NCBI GenBank assembly: GCA_051000755.1
Contig: JBPCNZ010000128.1
Coordinates: 1 to 26,387, forward strand
Length of the DNA stretch: 26,387 bases
From: Acidimicrobiales bacterium
GTDB taxonomy: Bacteria; Actinomycetota; Acidimicrobiia; Acidimicrobiales; Palsa-688
Direction: 5' to 3'
Positions within the stretch are counted from its first letter, which is position 1. The number at the start of each line of letters is the position of its first letter. Shown here one piece after another: positions 17,401 to 25,681 of this stretch. Below the pieces are notes generated by a model, which saw nothing but the letters and a program-made list of their open reading frames with translations, did no database searches and was not told the origin of the DNA. The position numbers and the translations under genes were made by a program.

Positions 17401-18128
17401 GCCAGCGTCGCCTGGCCGCCGTGGCGGAGATCGTGGCGGCCCTGGTGAGCGAGGCCGGCGGCCCCGGCCCCGACCGGCGCCTCCCCGGACCCAGGGAGGA
17501 CGACGACATCGTCGACGTTGCCGTCGAGCTGCCCAGCGGGCGGACCCTGGCCGGCACGGTGAGCGGCCGGCGCGGCCCCGTGGTCAACACCGTGACCTTC
17601 TCGCGCCTCAAGGGATCCCACCGCTTGGAGGCCTGGGTCCGCCTGCTCGCACTCAGCGCCGCCCACCCCGAGAGACCGTGGTCTGCTCGCATCGTCTCCC
17701 GCCCCGAGTACGGGGGTCGGATGTTGGCCAAGCGGACGGTCCTGGCCCCCCTCGGCGCCGACCAGGGAGAGCGCCGTCGGCTGGCCATGGCCCACCTCGA
17801 GATCCTCACTGACCTGTGGGCCCGAGGGATGAGCGAACCTCTTCCCCTCTACGCCGCCACCTCGGCAGTGTGGGCCCGCAATGAGCGGGAACAGGCCGAG
17901 CCACTCGCCCAGCGGTGCTGGGAGGGGGAGTTCGAGCGCGAGGGCGAGCGGGGCGATCCCGAACACCGCCTCGTGCTCGGAGCCCGGATCGACTTTCGGA
18001 CCCTGCTCGACACAAAGCCCGGGGCCGACGAGAACGGCCCCGGCTGGGCTACTGCGGAACGCAGCCGGTTCGGCCTCCTGGCCCATCGCCTCTGGGACGG
18101 GCTCATCGCCCACGAGGCATCCTCGTGA
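14487..18128 (+). CDS. recC: exodeoxyribonuclease V gamma subunit RecC
   Basis: MLSTHRAERSDRLVDGLAAVL...DPFTPEVVAVPTRGVERWL aligns to the E. coli RecC N-terminus (MLRVYHSNRLDVLEAL...DPFEPEMILVQS). VHACHGPTRQVEVLRDTILHLLSDDPTLEGRDVIVLCPDIDTFAPIISATFG matches the RecC core nearly residue-for-residue. Start at ATG 14487. Confidence 0.92.
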   Translation: MLSTHRAERSDRLVDGLAAVLRTPSGDPFTPEVVAVPTRGVERWLTQRLSATLGASNGGHDGVCANVDFPFPGTLTDRALAAATAIDPDRDPWSVQRSVWPLLGVVDRHLGEDWLAPLAGHLGRVAPAPPPPRAGAGLGGDAGPPGGPAEDPRRARRFAVVRHLADLFDHYGVHRPGMICAWAEGRDTDEAGRTIVEDLRWQPPLWRALRVAVGVPSPAERLEPACTLLRTDPDLVDLPSRLSLFGLTRLPASYLEVLAALAVRRDVHLWLLHPSSALWTRLAGLHEPLRTPVRNPIPDRTRSAPPAPAVVLPTRSEGSSGVPEHPLLASWGRDAREMQVVLSSVPIDHDEALGAVDAPATLLGRIQADIRADRPLPAAPPRGGTAPPHGGTAPPHGGTPLGEADQHFRLGPDDRSIRVHACHGPTRQVEVLRDTILHLLSDDPTLEGRDVIVLCPDIDTFAPIISATFGLGPGGDGHHGHEDGDGAGAGGSDLRVRLADRSLRQTNPVLQAVTHILTMVGSRVGASSVLDLAGMVPVRERFRLDDDDLSTISEWVRHAGIRWGLDGPHRAPYHLQDVEANTWRWGTDRVLAGVLMAADDGPPVDGTLPLDIAGSPDVSLVGRLGELVDRLADTLDRLSRTQTVPEWVEAIAAAADALLATSGSDRWQRQQLDTMLSEVLDQSVPTGEVVLSPPEVGELFADRLKGRPTRANFRTGHLTMCTLVPMRSVPHRVVCLLGLDDTVFPRGDRPDGDDLLSRHPRVGDSDPRSSDQQLLLDALLAAEDHLVITYTGRDERTNEVRRPAIPVAELLDVAERTATDPSGRAVTDRLVVHHPLQPFDARNFTLGALTPAQPWSFDAAQLAGARAAAEPRHPPEAFLPGPLSPVTTDLVNLNDLASFVRHPVRAFLRGRLGVSLPRPDDETDDSLPIDLGGLEQWGVGDHLLRRQLAGWSAADAEASELAGGALPPGWLGQRRLAAVAEIVAALVSEAGGPGPDRRLPGPREDDDIVDVAVELPSGRTLAGTVSGRRGPVVNTVTFSRLKGSHRLEAWVRLLALSAAHPERPWSARIVSRPEYGGRMLAKRTVLAPLGADQGERRRLAMAHLEILTDLWARGMSEPLPLYAATSAVWARNEREQAEPLAQRCWEGEFEREGERGDPEHRLVLGARIDFRTLLDTKPGADENGPGWATAERSRFGLLAHRLWDGLIAHEASS
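15633..15686 (+). repeat. perfect 21-bp tandem duplication inside recC (ggaggaacggcgccgccccat x2 + partial), encoding GGTAPPH heptad repeats
   Basis: Direct reading 15633-15686. In-frame, giving ...PPRGGTAPPHGGTAPPHGGTPLGE in a RecC linker region. Confidence 0.85.
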
Positions 18129-21100
18129 CCACCGCCGACGGCTCGGTGACCCCGGCCGGGAACCCCGCCACCGGCCCGGGCGGGCCGGGCGCCATGGCCG
18201 AGTTCGACCTCTACGGACCGCTGCCCGAGGGCACGACGATCCTCGAAGCCAGCGCCGGGACAGGCAAGACGTTCGCCATCGCCGCCCTCGCCGTCCGCCA
18301 TCTGGCGGCGGGGGTGCCCGCCGACGCCCTGCTCATTGTGACCTTCACCCGGGCGGCCACCGGCGAATTGCGCGACCGGGTGCGCGACCGGCTGGTGTCG
18401 GCTACCCACGGGCTGCGCGCCGTGGTCGAGGGTGGCGAGCCTTCCGACGACCTGGTCCGGCTGCTGTGCGCCGACGGCGACGCTCGCACCGCTGTGCATC
18501 TCGAGCGCCTCACCCGTGCCGCAGCGGCGTTTGACACGGCCACCATCACCACGACCCACGGGTTCTGCGCCCTGGTCCTCGGTGGCCTGGGAACAGCCGG
18601 GGACCTGGGCACCGGATGGCGCCTGGTCGACAGCGTCGACGACCTCACCGATGAGGTGGTCGATGATCTGTACCTCCGCCACTACCTCCAGTCCCGGAAC
18701 GATCCAGAGGTCACCATCACCAGGCGGGATGCCGGCAGGGCGGCCCGGTCCGCGGTAGGCAACCCCCGGACAACCCTGGCCCCTGCCGGAGCCGAGCGCG
18801 ACAGCCCCGCCAACCTTCTGTACCGGCTGGCCACCAGGGCCACCGACGAGGTCAGCCGGCGGCTGCTGGCCCGCAGCACCCTCGGCTACGACGACCTGCT
18901 GACCCGGCTGTGCCAGACCCTCGAGGATCCCCTCCGGGGCCCGGCCGCCGCCCGCCGCCTCCGGGAGCGCTATCAGGTGGTGCTGGTCGACGAGTTCCAG
19001 GACACCGACCCCGTGCAATGGGACATCATCCACCGAGCCTTCGACGGCGCGGTCAACCTGGTGCTGATCGGGGACCCCAAGCAGGCCATCTACGCCTTCC
19101 GCGGCGGTGACGTCCATGCCTACCTGCAGGCATGCCGGTCGGCGTCCACCCGGGCGACCCTCGGCGTCAACTGGCGCAGCGACCAGGGGCTCATCGACGC
19201 TCTCGGTGCCCTGTGGAACGGCGTGGCCCTCGGTCATCCCGAGATCGTCGTCCGCCCGGTGCGGGCCGCCCCTGACCACCAGAGCAGCGGCCTGGTCGAT
19301 CTGGCCCACCCCCAGCCTCTCCGGCTGCGGCTCCTTCGCCGCCGTGATCACCCCCGGCTGCTCAACGTTCAGTCCCGGACGTTCAAGATGGACCGGGCCC
19401 TGGCCGCCGTGGCCGTTGACCTGGCTGCCGATGTGGCCTCGACCCTGGCCGGCGGTGGGCGTCTCGCGCCATCCCCTGCCGGCGGGGCCATGGGCCGGGC
19501 CCTGCTCCCCCGCGACATCGCGGTGCTGGTTGACCGCAACGACGAGGCCGAGGTGATGCACGCCGCCCTCCGCCAGGAAGGGGTGCCGGCGGTGATCGCC
19601 GGATCGGGGCCCGTCCTAGCTACCACCGCGGCCCACGATTGGCTGGCCCTGCTGGCGGCGCTGGAGCTGCCATCGTCGGTTCGCAGGGCCAGGGCGGCAG
19701 CCCTGACCCCCTTCGTCGGCTGGACTGCGCAACAACTGAGCCTGGCCGACGACGCCCACCTCGACGATCTCACCATCCGCCTGCACCGCTGGGCCGACCT
19801 GCTGAACCGGCGAGGGGTCGCCGTGCTCACCGAGACGATCCTGGCCACCGAAGACCTTCCGGCGCGCCTGCTCCGGCGGGTCGGCGGGGAGCGGCGCATG
19901 ACCGACCTGCGTCACGTGGCCGAGATCCTCCACCGCCAGAGCACCGAGGCCCAAGTCGGGGTCTCGGCCCTCACGACGTGGTTGCGCCACCGCGTCGCCG
20001 ATCCCACGGTCGACATCGGGGAGAACCTGGGTTCGCGGCGCCTCGATTCGGACTCCGAGGCCGTCCAGGTGCTGACCGTTCACCGCAGCAAGGGTCTCGA
20101 GTTCCCGATCGTCTACCTCCCCTGCATGTGGCGGGTGCGGAGCCTGCAGCGAAACGAGGTTCTCACCTTCCACGACATCCACAACCAGAACCGGCGGACC
20201 GTCGACGTCGGGGGCGAAGCCGGCCCGGGCCGGGCCGAGCGGTTCCAGCAGGCCGGCGAGGAGCAGGACGGTGAGGATCTCCGCAAGGCGTACGTGGCGC
20301 TGACCCGGGCCCGCCATCAGGTCGTGGTGTGGTGGTTGGCCGCCCAGAACACGCAAAAGGCGGCTCTGTCCCGCCTGATCCTCCGGTCCCGAGGGGCGCA
20401 GCCGCCGGCGAAGGTGAAAGACGAAACGTTCACCGCGGCGATCGAGGAGCGCTTCGCTCCGGTCCGCCACCTGGTCGATCTCAGCTGGGTGACAGGGCCG
20501 CAGGGACCGGGCCCCTCGCCAGCCATGGCGGCCGGCGCCGATCTGTGCGCCCGGCGCTTCGAGCGGGCCCTCGACACGACGTGGCAGAGAACGTCCTACA
20601 CCGGCCTCACCCGCCGAGCCCACGGCACGGTGGCCACCAACCCGGTGGTCGGTGAGGAGCCAGGAAGGCAGGGCCCGGACGACGAGTGGTTGCCCACCAC
20701 CGCCGATCTCGGCGCCCCCGCCGATCTCGGCACCCCCGCCGAGTCCGAACGATCTCTTCGGGCCATTGCCTCACCGATGGCCACCCTCGCCGGCGGGGCC
20801 GCTTTCGGCACCGCCGTCCATGCCGTGCTCGAAGCGACCGATTTCACCGCGCCTGATCTCGGCGCCGAGCTGGCCACCCAGCTGGCCGGGCGGATGCCCA
20901 CCGACGGTGGCCAGCCCAACGACGAGACCGCTCTCGCCTTGGCTCTGACCGCGGCCATCGAGACCCCCCTCGGTCCTGCTACGTCTGGTACCCGGCTACG
21001 GGACGTCGGCCGAGCGGACCGCCTCGACGAATTGACGTTCGAGCTTCCCCTCGTCGGCGGGGACCGTTCCGAGGGCGAAGTCACCATGGCCGCCATCGCC

Positions 21101-21664
21101 GCCCTGCTCCGCCGCTCCATCCCTACCCACGACCCGCTCGGCTCCTACGCCGACCGCCTGGACGACCCGCAGCTCGCCGCCCACCTGCGGGGTTACCTGA
21201 CGGGCAGCATCGACGCCGTCCTGCGCCTCCCGCCCGCCGAGGGGGCCATGAGGTCCCGCTTCGCGATCGTCGACTACAAGACCAACTGGCTGGGTGTCGC
21301 CGACGAACCGCTCAGCGCCTGGCACTATCGCCCGTCGGCCCTCAACGACGCCATGCAGCGCGCCCACTACCCCCTCCAGGCCCTGCTGTACCTGACCGCT
21401 CTCCACCGCTTCCTCCGGTGGCGGTTGGCCGGCTACGACCCCGAGATCGACCTCGGGCCGGTGCTGTACCTGTTCCTCCGGGGCATGACGGGGGCCCATG
21501 TGCCGCAGGTGGACGGAAAACCGTGCGGGGTGTTCACCTGGGTGCCCCCGCCCGGCCTGGTCGGCGATCTCAGCGACCTGCTCGATCGGGGCGTGAGCGG
21601 GCCCCGGGTCGGGTCGGCGCCCGAACAAGCGGCGTCGCCCGAACCGGTCGTTCCCCGACCATGA
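18125..21664 (+). CDS. recB: exodeoxyribonuclease V beta subunit RecB (helicase-nuclease)
   Basis: ILEASAGTGKTFAIAALAVR...LIVTFTRAATGELRDRV (SF1 motifs I/Ia). VLVDEFQDTDPVQW. LIGDPKQAIYAFRGGD. C-terminal RecB-family nuclease FAIVDYKTNWLG...YPLQALLYLTALHRFL. The GTG at 18125 overlaps the recC stop (GTGA). ATG 18194 (MAEFDLYGPLPEG) is an alternative start. Confidence 0.92.
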   Translation: MTTADGSVTPAGNPATGPGGPGAMAEFDLYGPLPEGTTILEASAGTGKTFAIAALAVRHLAAGVPADALLIVTFTRAATGELRDRVRDRLVSATHGLRAVVEGGEPSDDLVRLLCADGDARTAVHLERLTRAAAAFDTATITTTHGFCALVLGGLGTAGDLGTGWRLVDSVDDLTDEVVDDLYLRHYLQSRNDPEVTITRRDAGRAARSAVGNPRTTLAPAGAERDSPANLLYRLATRATDEVSRRLLARSTLGYDDLLTRLCQTLEDPLRGPAAARRLRERYQVVLVDEFQDTDPVQWDIIHRAFDGAVNLVLIGDPKQAIYAFRGGDVHAYLQACRSASTRATLGVNWRSDQGLIDALGALWNGVALGHPEIVVRPVRAAPDHQSSGLVDLAHPQPLRLRLLRRRDHPRLLNVQSRTFKMDRALAAVAVDLAADVASTLAGGGRLAPSPAGGAMGRALLPRDIAVLVDRNDEAEVMHAALRQEGVPAVIAGSGPVLATTAAHDWLALLAALELPSSVRRARAAALTPFVGWTAQQLSLADDAHLDDLTIRLHRWADLLNRRGVAVLTETILATEDLPARLLRRVGGERRMTDLRHVAEILHRQSTEAQVGVSALTTWLRHRVADPTVDIGENLGSRRLDSDSEAVQVLTVHRSKGLEFPIVYLPCMWRVRSLQRNEVLTFHDIHNQNRRTVDVGGEAGPGRAERFQQAGEEQDGEDLRKAYVALTRARHQVVVWWLAAQNTQKAALSRLILRSRGAQPPAKVKDETFTAAIEERFAPVRHLVDLSWVTGPQGPGPSPAMAAGADLCARRFERALDTTWQRTSYTGLTRRAHGTVATNPVVGEEPGRQGPDDEWLPTTADLGAPADLGTPAESERSLRAIASPMATLAGGAAFGTAVHAVLEATDFTAPDLGAELATQLAGRMPTDGGQPNDETALALALTAAIETPLGPATSGTRLRDVGRADRLDELTFELPLVGGDRSEGEVTMAAIAALLRRSIPTHDPLGSYADRLDDPQLAAHLRGYLTGSIDAVLRLPPAEGAMRSRFAIVDYKTNWLGVADEPLSAWHYRPSALNDAMQRAHYPLQALLYLTALHRFLRWRLAGYDPEIDLGPVLYLFLRGMTGAHVPQVDGKPCGVFTWVPPPGLVGDLSDLLDRGVSGPRVGSAPEQAASPEPVVPRP
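20700..20743 (+). repeat. 18-bp tandem duplication inside recB (ccgccgatctcggcNccc x ~2.4) encoding ADLGAPADLGTPAE
   Basis: Direct reading ccgccgatctcggcgccc | ccgccgatctcggcaccc | ccgccgag. In-frame in a RecB linker between helicase and nuclease domains. Confidence 0.75.
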
Positions 21665-23733
21665 GCGCCGAGGCAGGGACCGACCCCTTCGATGTCGATG
21701 TCGCCATCAACACCCCGGCGGGCCTCGAGCCCTTCGCCGCCGCCGGGCTCCTGGGTCTCAGCGACATCCACGTGGCCCGGTGGGTGTTGGCCCGCCACCC
21801 CGACGACGCCGTCGGTCTGGCCACCGCCCTGGCCGTGCGGGCCCTGCGCCTCGGCAACGTCTGCCTCGACCTCCGCCGGGTCCGTCACACCGTTACCGCC
21901 GACACCGCCCTTCCCGGCGGCGCCGCCCACGAACTCGGCGACGGGGACCACCTGCCGTGGCCGGATGTCGACGACTGGCTGACCCGCCTCCGGGCCAGCG
22001 AGGCGGTGGCTGACGGTGATGCGGACCCGGCCCGCCGACCCCTTCGCCTGGTTGGCGACCGCCTGTACCTGGATCGTTCCTGGCGCCAAGAACGCCTGGT
22101 GGCGGCGGACCTGGCCCGGCGGGCCGCCACTCCCGTGAGCGGCGTGAATCTAGCGGAATTGGCCACCGGCCTGGCCCGCCTGTACCCCGGCGGGGTACCG
22201 GACCTCCAGCGTCTGGCCGCGGCCGCCGCCGTCCTCCGGCGGTGCTCGGTGCTGGCCGGCGGGCCGGGGACCGGAAAGACGACGACGGCGGCGCGCATCC
22301 TGGCGCTCCTCGACGACCAGGCGGGGGCGGCCGGCACGAACCTTCCCCGGGTGGCCCTGGCCGCCCCGACCGGCAAGGCCGCCGCCCGCCTGCAACAGTC
22401 GGTCAACGCCGAGGCGGCCACCCTCGACGTGGCCGACGATCGGCGTCGGCGCCTCGCGGCGCTGGAGGCGACCACCCTGCACCGCCTGCTCGGGCGGCGC
22501 CCCGGGCCCGAGGGCCGCTTCTACCACGATCGGCGCAACCGCCTGCCCCACGACGTGGTCGTCGTCGACGAGACGTCCATGGTCTCCCTGGCCCTGCTCG
22601 CCGCCCTGATCGACGCCCTGCGCGCCGACGCCCGCCTGGTGCTGCTCGGTGACCCCGAGCAGCTGGCCTCGGTGGAGGCGGGGGCGGTCCTGGCTGACAT
22701 CGTCGGGCCGGTCATCAACGGCCTCGTCATGGGGACCACCAGCCGGTCGGTCCTGACCACGGTGACCGGTCATGTGGTGGACGCCGAGGAGGCGCCTGCC
22801 GGGGTCGGCATAGGCGACGGCATCGTGGTGTTGCGGCGCGTGCACCGCTTCGGGGCCGTGATCGCAGCGCTGGCTGAGGCCGTCCAGGCCGGGGACCCCG
22901 ATGAGACCTTGCATCTCCTGGATGGATCCCATCCCGAGCTGGCATGGGTCCACGACGACGGCCCGAACACCGACGGCTGGCCCGACACCAGCCCGCCGCC
23001 CAACGCCAGCCGGCCGCCGGACACCGAGCGGCAGGGCGCCGCCGACATGGCTTCCATCCGCCGTCTGGTGGTGGGGGCCGGGCGCGACGTGCTCGACGCC
23101 GCAGGGGCGGGAGACGGCGCCGCGGCCCTGGCGTCCCTCGCCACCCTGCGGATCCTCTGCGCCCACCGGCGGGGCCCGCACGGGGTTTCAGCATGGGCGG
23201 ACCGGGTCGACGGTTGGTTGATCGGCGCCCTCGGCGACCGCCGGGCCGCCGAGGCGTGGTACGTCGGGCGACCCATCCTGGTGACCGCCAACGACCACGA
23301 GCTGGGCCTGGCCAACGGTGACGTGGGCGTGGTGATCCGGGACGCCGACGGCGAGCGCCGGGTCGCCTTCGACCGCCACGACCGCGTCGCCGACGTCAGC
23401 CCCGCCCGGCTGCGGGCCTTCGAGACCGTGCACGCCATGACCATCCACAAGAGCCAGGGTTCGCAATTCGACCATGTGGTGGTGGTCCTGCCCGAGCCGG
23501 GCTCCCCGTTGCTGACCCGCCAGCTCTTCTACACCGCGGTGACGAGGGCCCGCCACGGGGTCACGGTCGTCGGCAGCGAGGCGGCCATCCGCACCGCGGT
23601 CGACACCCGGATCGCCCGGGCGTCCGGGTTGGCCGGGCGCCTGTGGGGTTCTACCTCCCTGGCCGCATCCCCCGCAGGGCCCCATGGTCCCGGCAGCCGG
23701 CCTTCCATCCGGTGGGGGTCACCACCACGTTGA
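21661..23733 (+). CDS. recD: exodeoxyribonuclease V alpha subunit RecD
   Basis: ATG 21661 overlaps the recB stop (ATGA). VLAGGPGTGKTTTAARI (Walker A). VVVVDETSMVSLAL (motif II). LLGDPEQLASVEAGAVLADI. MTIHKSQGSQFDHVVVVLPE...FYTAVTRARHGVTVVG (SF1B RecD C-terminus). Confidence 0.92.
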   Translation: MSAEAGTDPFDVDVAINTPAGLEPFAAAGLLGLSDIHVARWVLARHPDDAVGLATALAVRALRLGNVCLDLRRVRHTVTADTALPGGAAHELGDGDHLPWPDVDDWLTRLRASEAVADGDADPARRPLRLVGDRLYLDRSWRQERLVAADLARRAATPVSGVNLAELATGLARLYPGGVPDLQRLAAAAAVLRRCSVLAGGPGTGKTTTAARILALLDDQAGAAGTNLPRVALAAPTGKAAARLQQSVNAEAATLDVADDRRRRLAALEATTLHRLLGRRPGPEGRFYHDRRNRLPHDVVVVDETSMVSLALLAALIDALRADARLVLLGDPEQLASVEAGAVLADIVGPVINGLVMGTTSRSVLTTVTGHVVDAEEAPAGVGIGDGIVVLRRVHRFGAVIAALAEAVQAGDPDETLHLLDGSHPELAWVHDDGPNTDGWPDTSPPPNASRPPDTERQGAADMASIRRLVVGAGRDVLDAAGAGDGAAALASLATLRILCAHRRGPHGVSAWADRVDGWLIGALGDRRAAEAWYVGRPILVTANDHELGLANGDVGVVIRDADGERRVAFDRHDRVADVSPARLRAFETVHAMTIHKSQGSQFDHVVVVLPEPGSPLLTRQLFYTAVTRARHGVTVVGSEAAIRTAVDTRIARASGLAGRLWGSTSLAASPAGPHGPGSRPSIRWGSPPR

Positions 23734-23860
23734 GGCGCCGCCCACAGGTCGGGCAGTACCGGGGTGGCTCGTAGCGCCCGGTGCAGGCCCCTCCCGTCGG
23801 GCAGGCGGTCCCGGCGCCACCGCAGCCGGTGCAGTGCGGGCCTGGGGGTGACGGGGCCAC
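23651..23860 (-). CDS. small Cys-rich zinc-ribbon-like protein downstream of bioB; candidate biotin synthase auxiliary protein (BsaP/Rv1590-like)
   Basis: 69 aa from GTG 23860, 5 nt after the bioB stop: VAPSPPGPHCTGCGGAGTACPTGGACTGRYEPPRYCPTCGRRLNVVVTPTGWKAGCRDHG... CxxC...C...CxxC...C pattern. Strong GC3 bias in frame. Conserved position (bioB-small ORF) as in mycobacteria. It overlaps the recD 3' end convergently by ~83 nt. Confidence 0.45.
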   Translation of the reverse strand: MAPSPPGPHCTGCGGAGTACPTGGACTGRYEPPRYCPTCGRRLNVVVTPTGWKAGCRDHGALRGMRPGR

Positions 23861-23865
23861 CGGGC

Positions 23866-24891
23866 TCAGATGGCGGAGGAGAGAGCGCCGATGGGCATCC
23901 GCAGATCGGCCAGCATGGCCAGGTCCTCGGCCGGGGCCCGGCCCAGCGTGGTCAGGTAGTTGCCGACGATCAGGGCGTTGATGCCGCCGGTCATGCCTAT
24001 GGCCTGGAGCTCTCCGAGTGTCAGCTCCCGGCCGCCGGCGTAGCGCAGGATCGTGGCCGGCAACCCCAGGCGGAACAGGGCGATCCACCGGAGGGCGTCG
24101 AGGGCCCGAACCGGCTTGCGGATGGCGAGCGGCGTGCCCGGCCGGGGATCGAGGAAGTTCATCGGGACCTCTGCTGGGTCCAGCTCCGCCAGCTGGCCGA
24201 TCAGCTCCAGGCGCTGGGCGTCGGTCTCGCCCATGCCGAGAAGGACCCCGCAGCACAACTCCATGCCTGCCTGCTTCACGTCCTGGCAGGTCTGCCACCG
24301 CTCGTCCCAGGTGTGGGTGGTGACGATCTCGGGGAACTTGGATCTCGCCGTCTCCACGTTGTGGTTGTAACGGTGGGCGCCGCCGGCGGCCAGGCGCTCC
24401 GCTTGTCCGGGCTGGAGGATGCCGGCGGAGACGGCGACGTTGAGCCCGGTCTCGGCCGCGACCAGGGGAACGAGATCGAGGATGCGACCCATGGTCCGCT
24501 CATCGGGGCCCCGGACGGCCAGGACGATGCAAAACTCGCTGGCTCCCAGCGCCGCCGTCTCCCGGGCTGCGGCCAGCACCTCCTCGGTGTCGAGGAACGG
24601 GGTGGCCAGCACCGGGGTGTCGAACCGGGAGGACTGGGCGCAGAAGTGACAGTCCTCGGGACAGCCGCCGGTCCGGGCCGAGAGGATGCCTTCCACCTCC
24701 ACCGTCGGGCCGCACCAGGCCAGGCGCACCTCGTGGGCGAGCGCGGCCAGGCTGGGGACCGCCTCGTCACCCACGCCGGCCAGAGCCGCCAGCTCGTCGG
24801 CGCTGAGACGCCGACCCTGTCCGATGAGGGCATGGCGGGCGGCGGCGAACGTGGCCAGATAGGGCGGCTGGGAGGTGGGGGAAGACGACAC
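23866..24891 (-). CDS. bioB: biotin synthase BioB (radical SAM)
   Basis: CPEDCHFCAQS (radical-SAM CxxxCxxC). YNHNVETARSKFPEIVTTHTWDERW. GMGETD...VPMNFL are BioB signature motifs. 341 aa. Confidence 0.92.
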   Translation of the reverse strand: MSSSPTSQPPYLATFAAARHALIGQGRRLSADELAALAGVGDEAVPSLAALAHEVRLAWCGPTVEVEGILSARTGGCPEDCHFCAQSSRFDTPVLATPFLDTEEVLAAARETAALGASEFCIVLAVRGPDERTMGRILDLVPLVAAETGLNVAVSAGILQPGQAERLAAGGAHRYNHNVETARSKFPEIVTTHTWDERWQTCQDVKQAGMELCCGVLLGMGETDAQRLELIGQLAELDPAEVPMNFLDPRPGTPLAIRKPVRALDALRWIALFRLGLPATILRYAGGRELTLGELQAIGMTGGINALIVGNYLTTLGRAPAEDLAMLADLRMPIGALSSAI

Positions 24892-24937
24892 AGGCGGTCA
24901 CCTTATTCGGGGCCGCCGCCCGGCCGAGGACGGCCGT

Positions 24938-25661
24938 ATGCTCCCCGCCATGTCCGCCGCCGTCCCGCCCCCCGCACCGCCGGCCATGTCCATCGACGAC
25001 GTCATCGCCCGCCTGGGGGCGATCGGGGCCGCCCTTCCGGCCAGCGACGGCCTGGCCTGCTTCAACCGGATGTACCTGGAGGTCACCAACCCTCGATCAG
25101 GGCGTCGCCAAGGGCTTCTTCGGTGACCCGGCGTTCGTGTCCCATCTCTACGTGGTGTTCGCCAACCTCTACTTCGCGGCCGTGGATGCCCTGTCGGGTC
25201 CGCCCACGGCGGTGCCGGTCGCATGGCAACCCCTCCTCGCCTCCCGGGAGACACCCGGCATCGAGCCCATCCAGTTCGCTCTGGCCGGCATGAACGCCCA
25301 CATCAACCACGATCTCCCCATCGCCGTGGTCGCCGCCTGCTCCGATCTGGCCACCGCACCCACCGACGGTTGTCACCACGACGACTACCAGAAGGTCGAC
25401 ACCCTGCTCGACGCGTCGGAGCAGTCGGTGCGCGAGTCGTTCGAGCCGGCCGCGGCCCAGGCCGCCGATCGCCATGTGGCGGCGGTGGCCAACGTGGTCT
25501 GCAACTGGAGCATGAACTCGGCCCGAGACGTGGCCTGGGACACCGCCGTGGGCCTCTGGGAGGTGCGCGACCACACGACCGCCACCGCTCTGCTGACCGG
25601 GGCCCTGGCCCGCACCGTGGCCATGGTCAGCAGGAGCCTGCTCGTCGTTGTCGGGGATTAA
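24938..25661 (+). pseudogene. conserved hypothetical protein (uncharacterised actinobacterial family) with an apparent +1 frameshift in a CCC run at ~25090-25092
   Basis: Frame 2 gives MLPAMSAAV...DGLACFNRMYLEVTNP then a stop at 25126. Frame 0 continues LDQGVAKGFFGDPAFVSHLYVVFANLYF...FALAGMNAHINHDLP... to 25661. Removing one C from aaCCCtcg restores one ~240-aa ORF. Divergent from bioB. Confidence 0.55.
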
Positions 25662-25681
25662 CCGGGCGCTACGGTCGCGGG

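Noticed and set aside
14349-19561. Several long minus-strand ORFs (14349..16031, 16050..17312, 17361..18113, 17849..19561) antisense to recC/recB
   Set aside because: Shadow ORFs. RecC/RecB homology on the plus strand is residue-level.
21640-21655. GAAC-cggtc-GTTC palindrome just upstream of the recD start
   Set aside because: The 5-nt spacer does not fit the Cheo/LexA consensus (N4), and it lies inside the recB coding sequence. Probably coincidental.
22048-22063. Near-perfect 16-bp palindrome TTCCTGGCGCCAAGAA inside recD
   Set aside because: Within coding sequence with no flanking regulatory context. Likely chance (contains GGCGCC).
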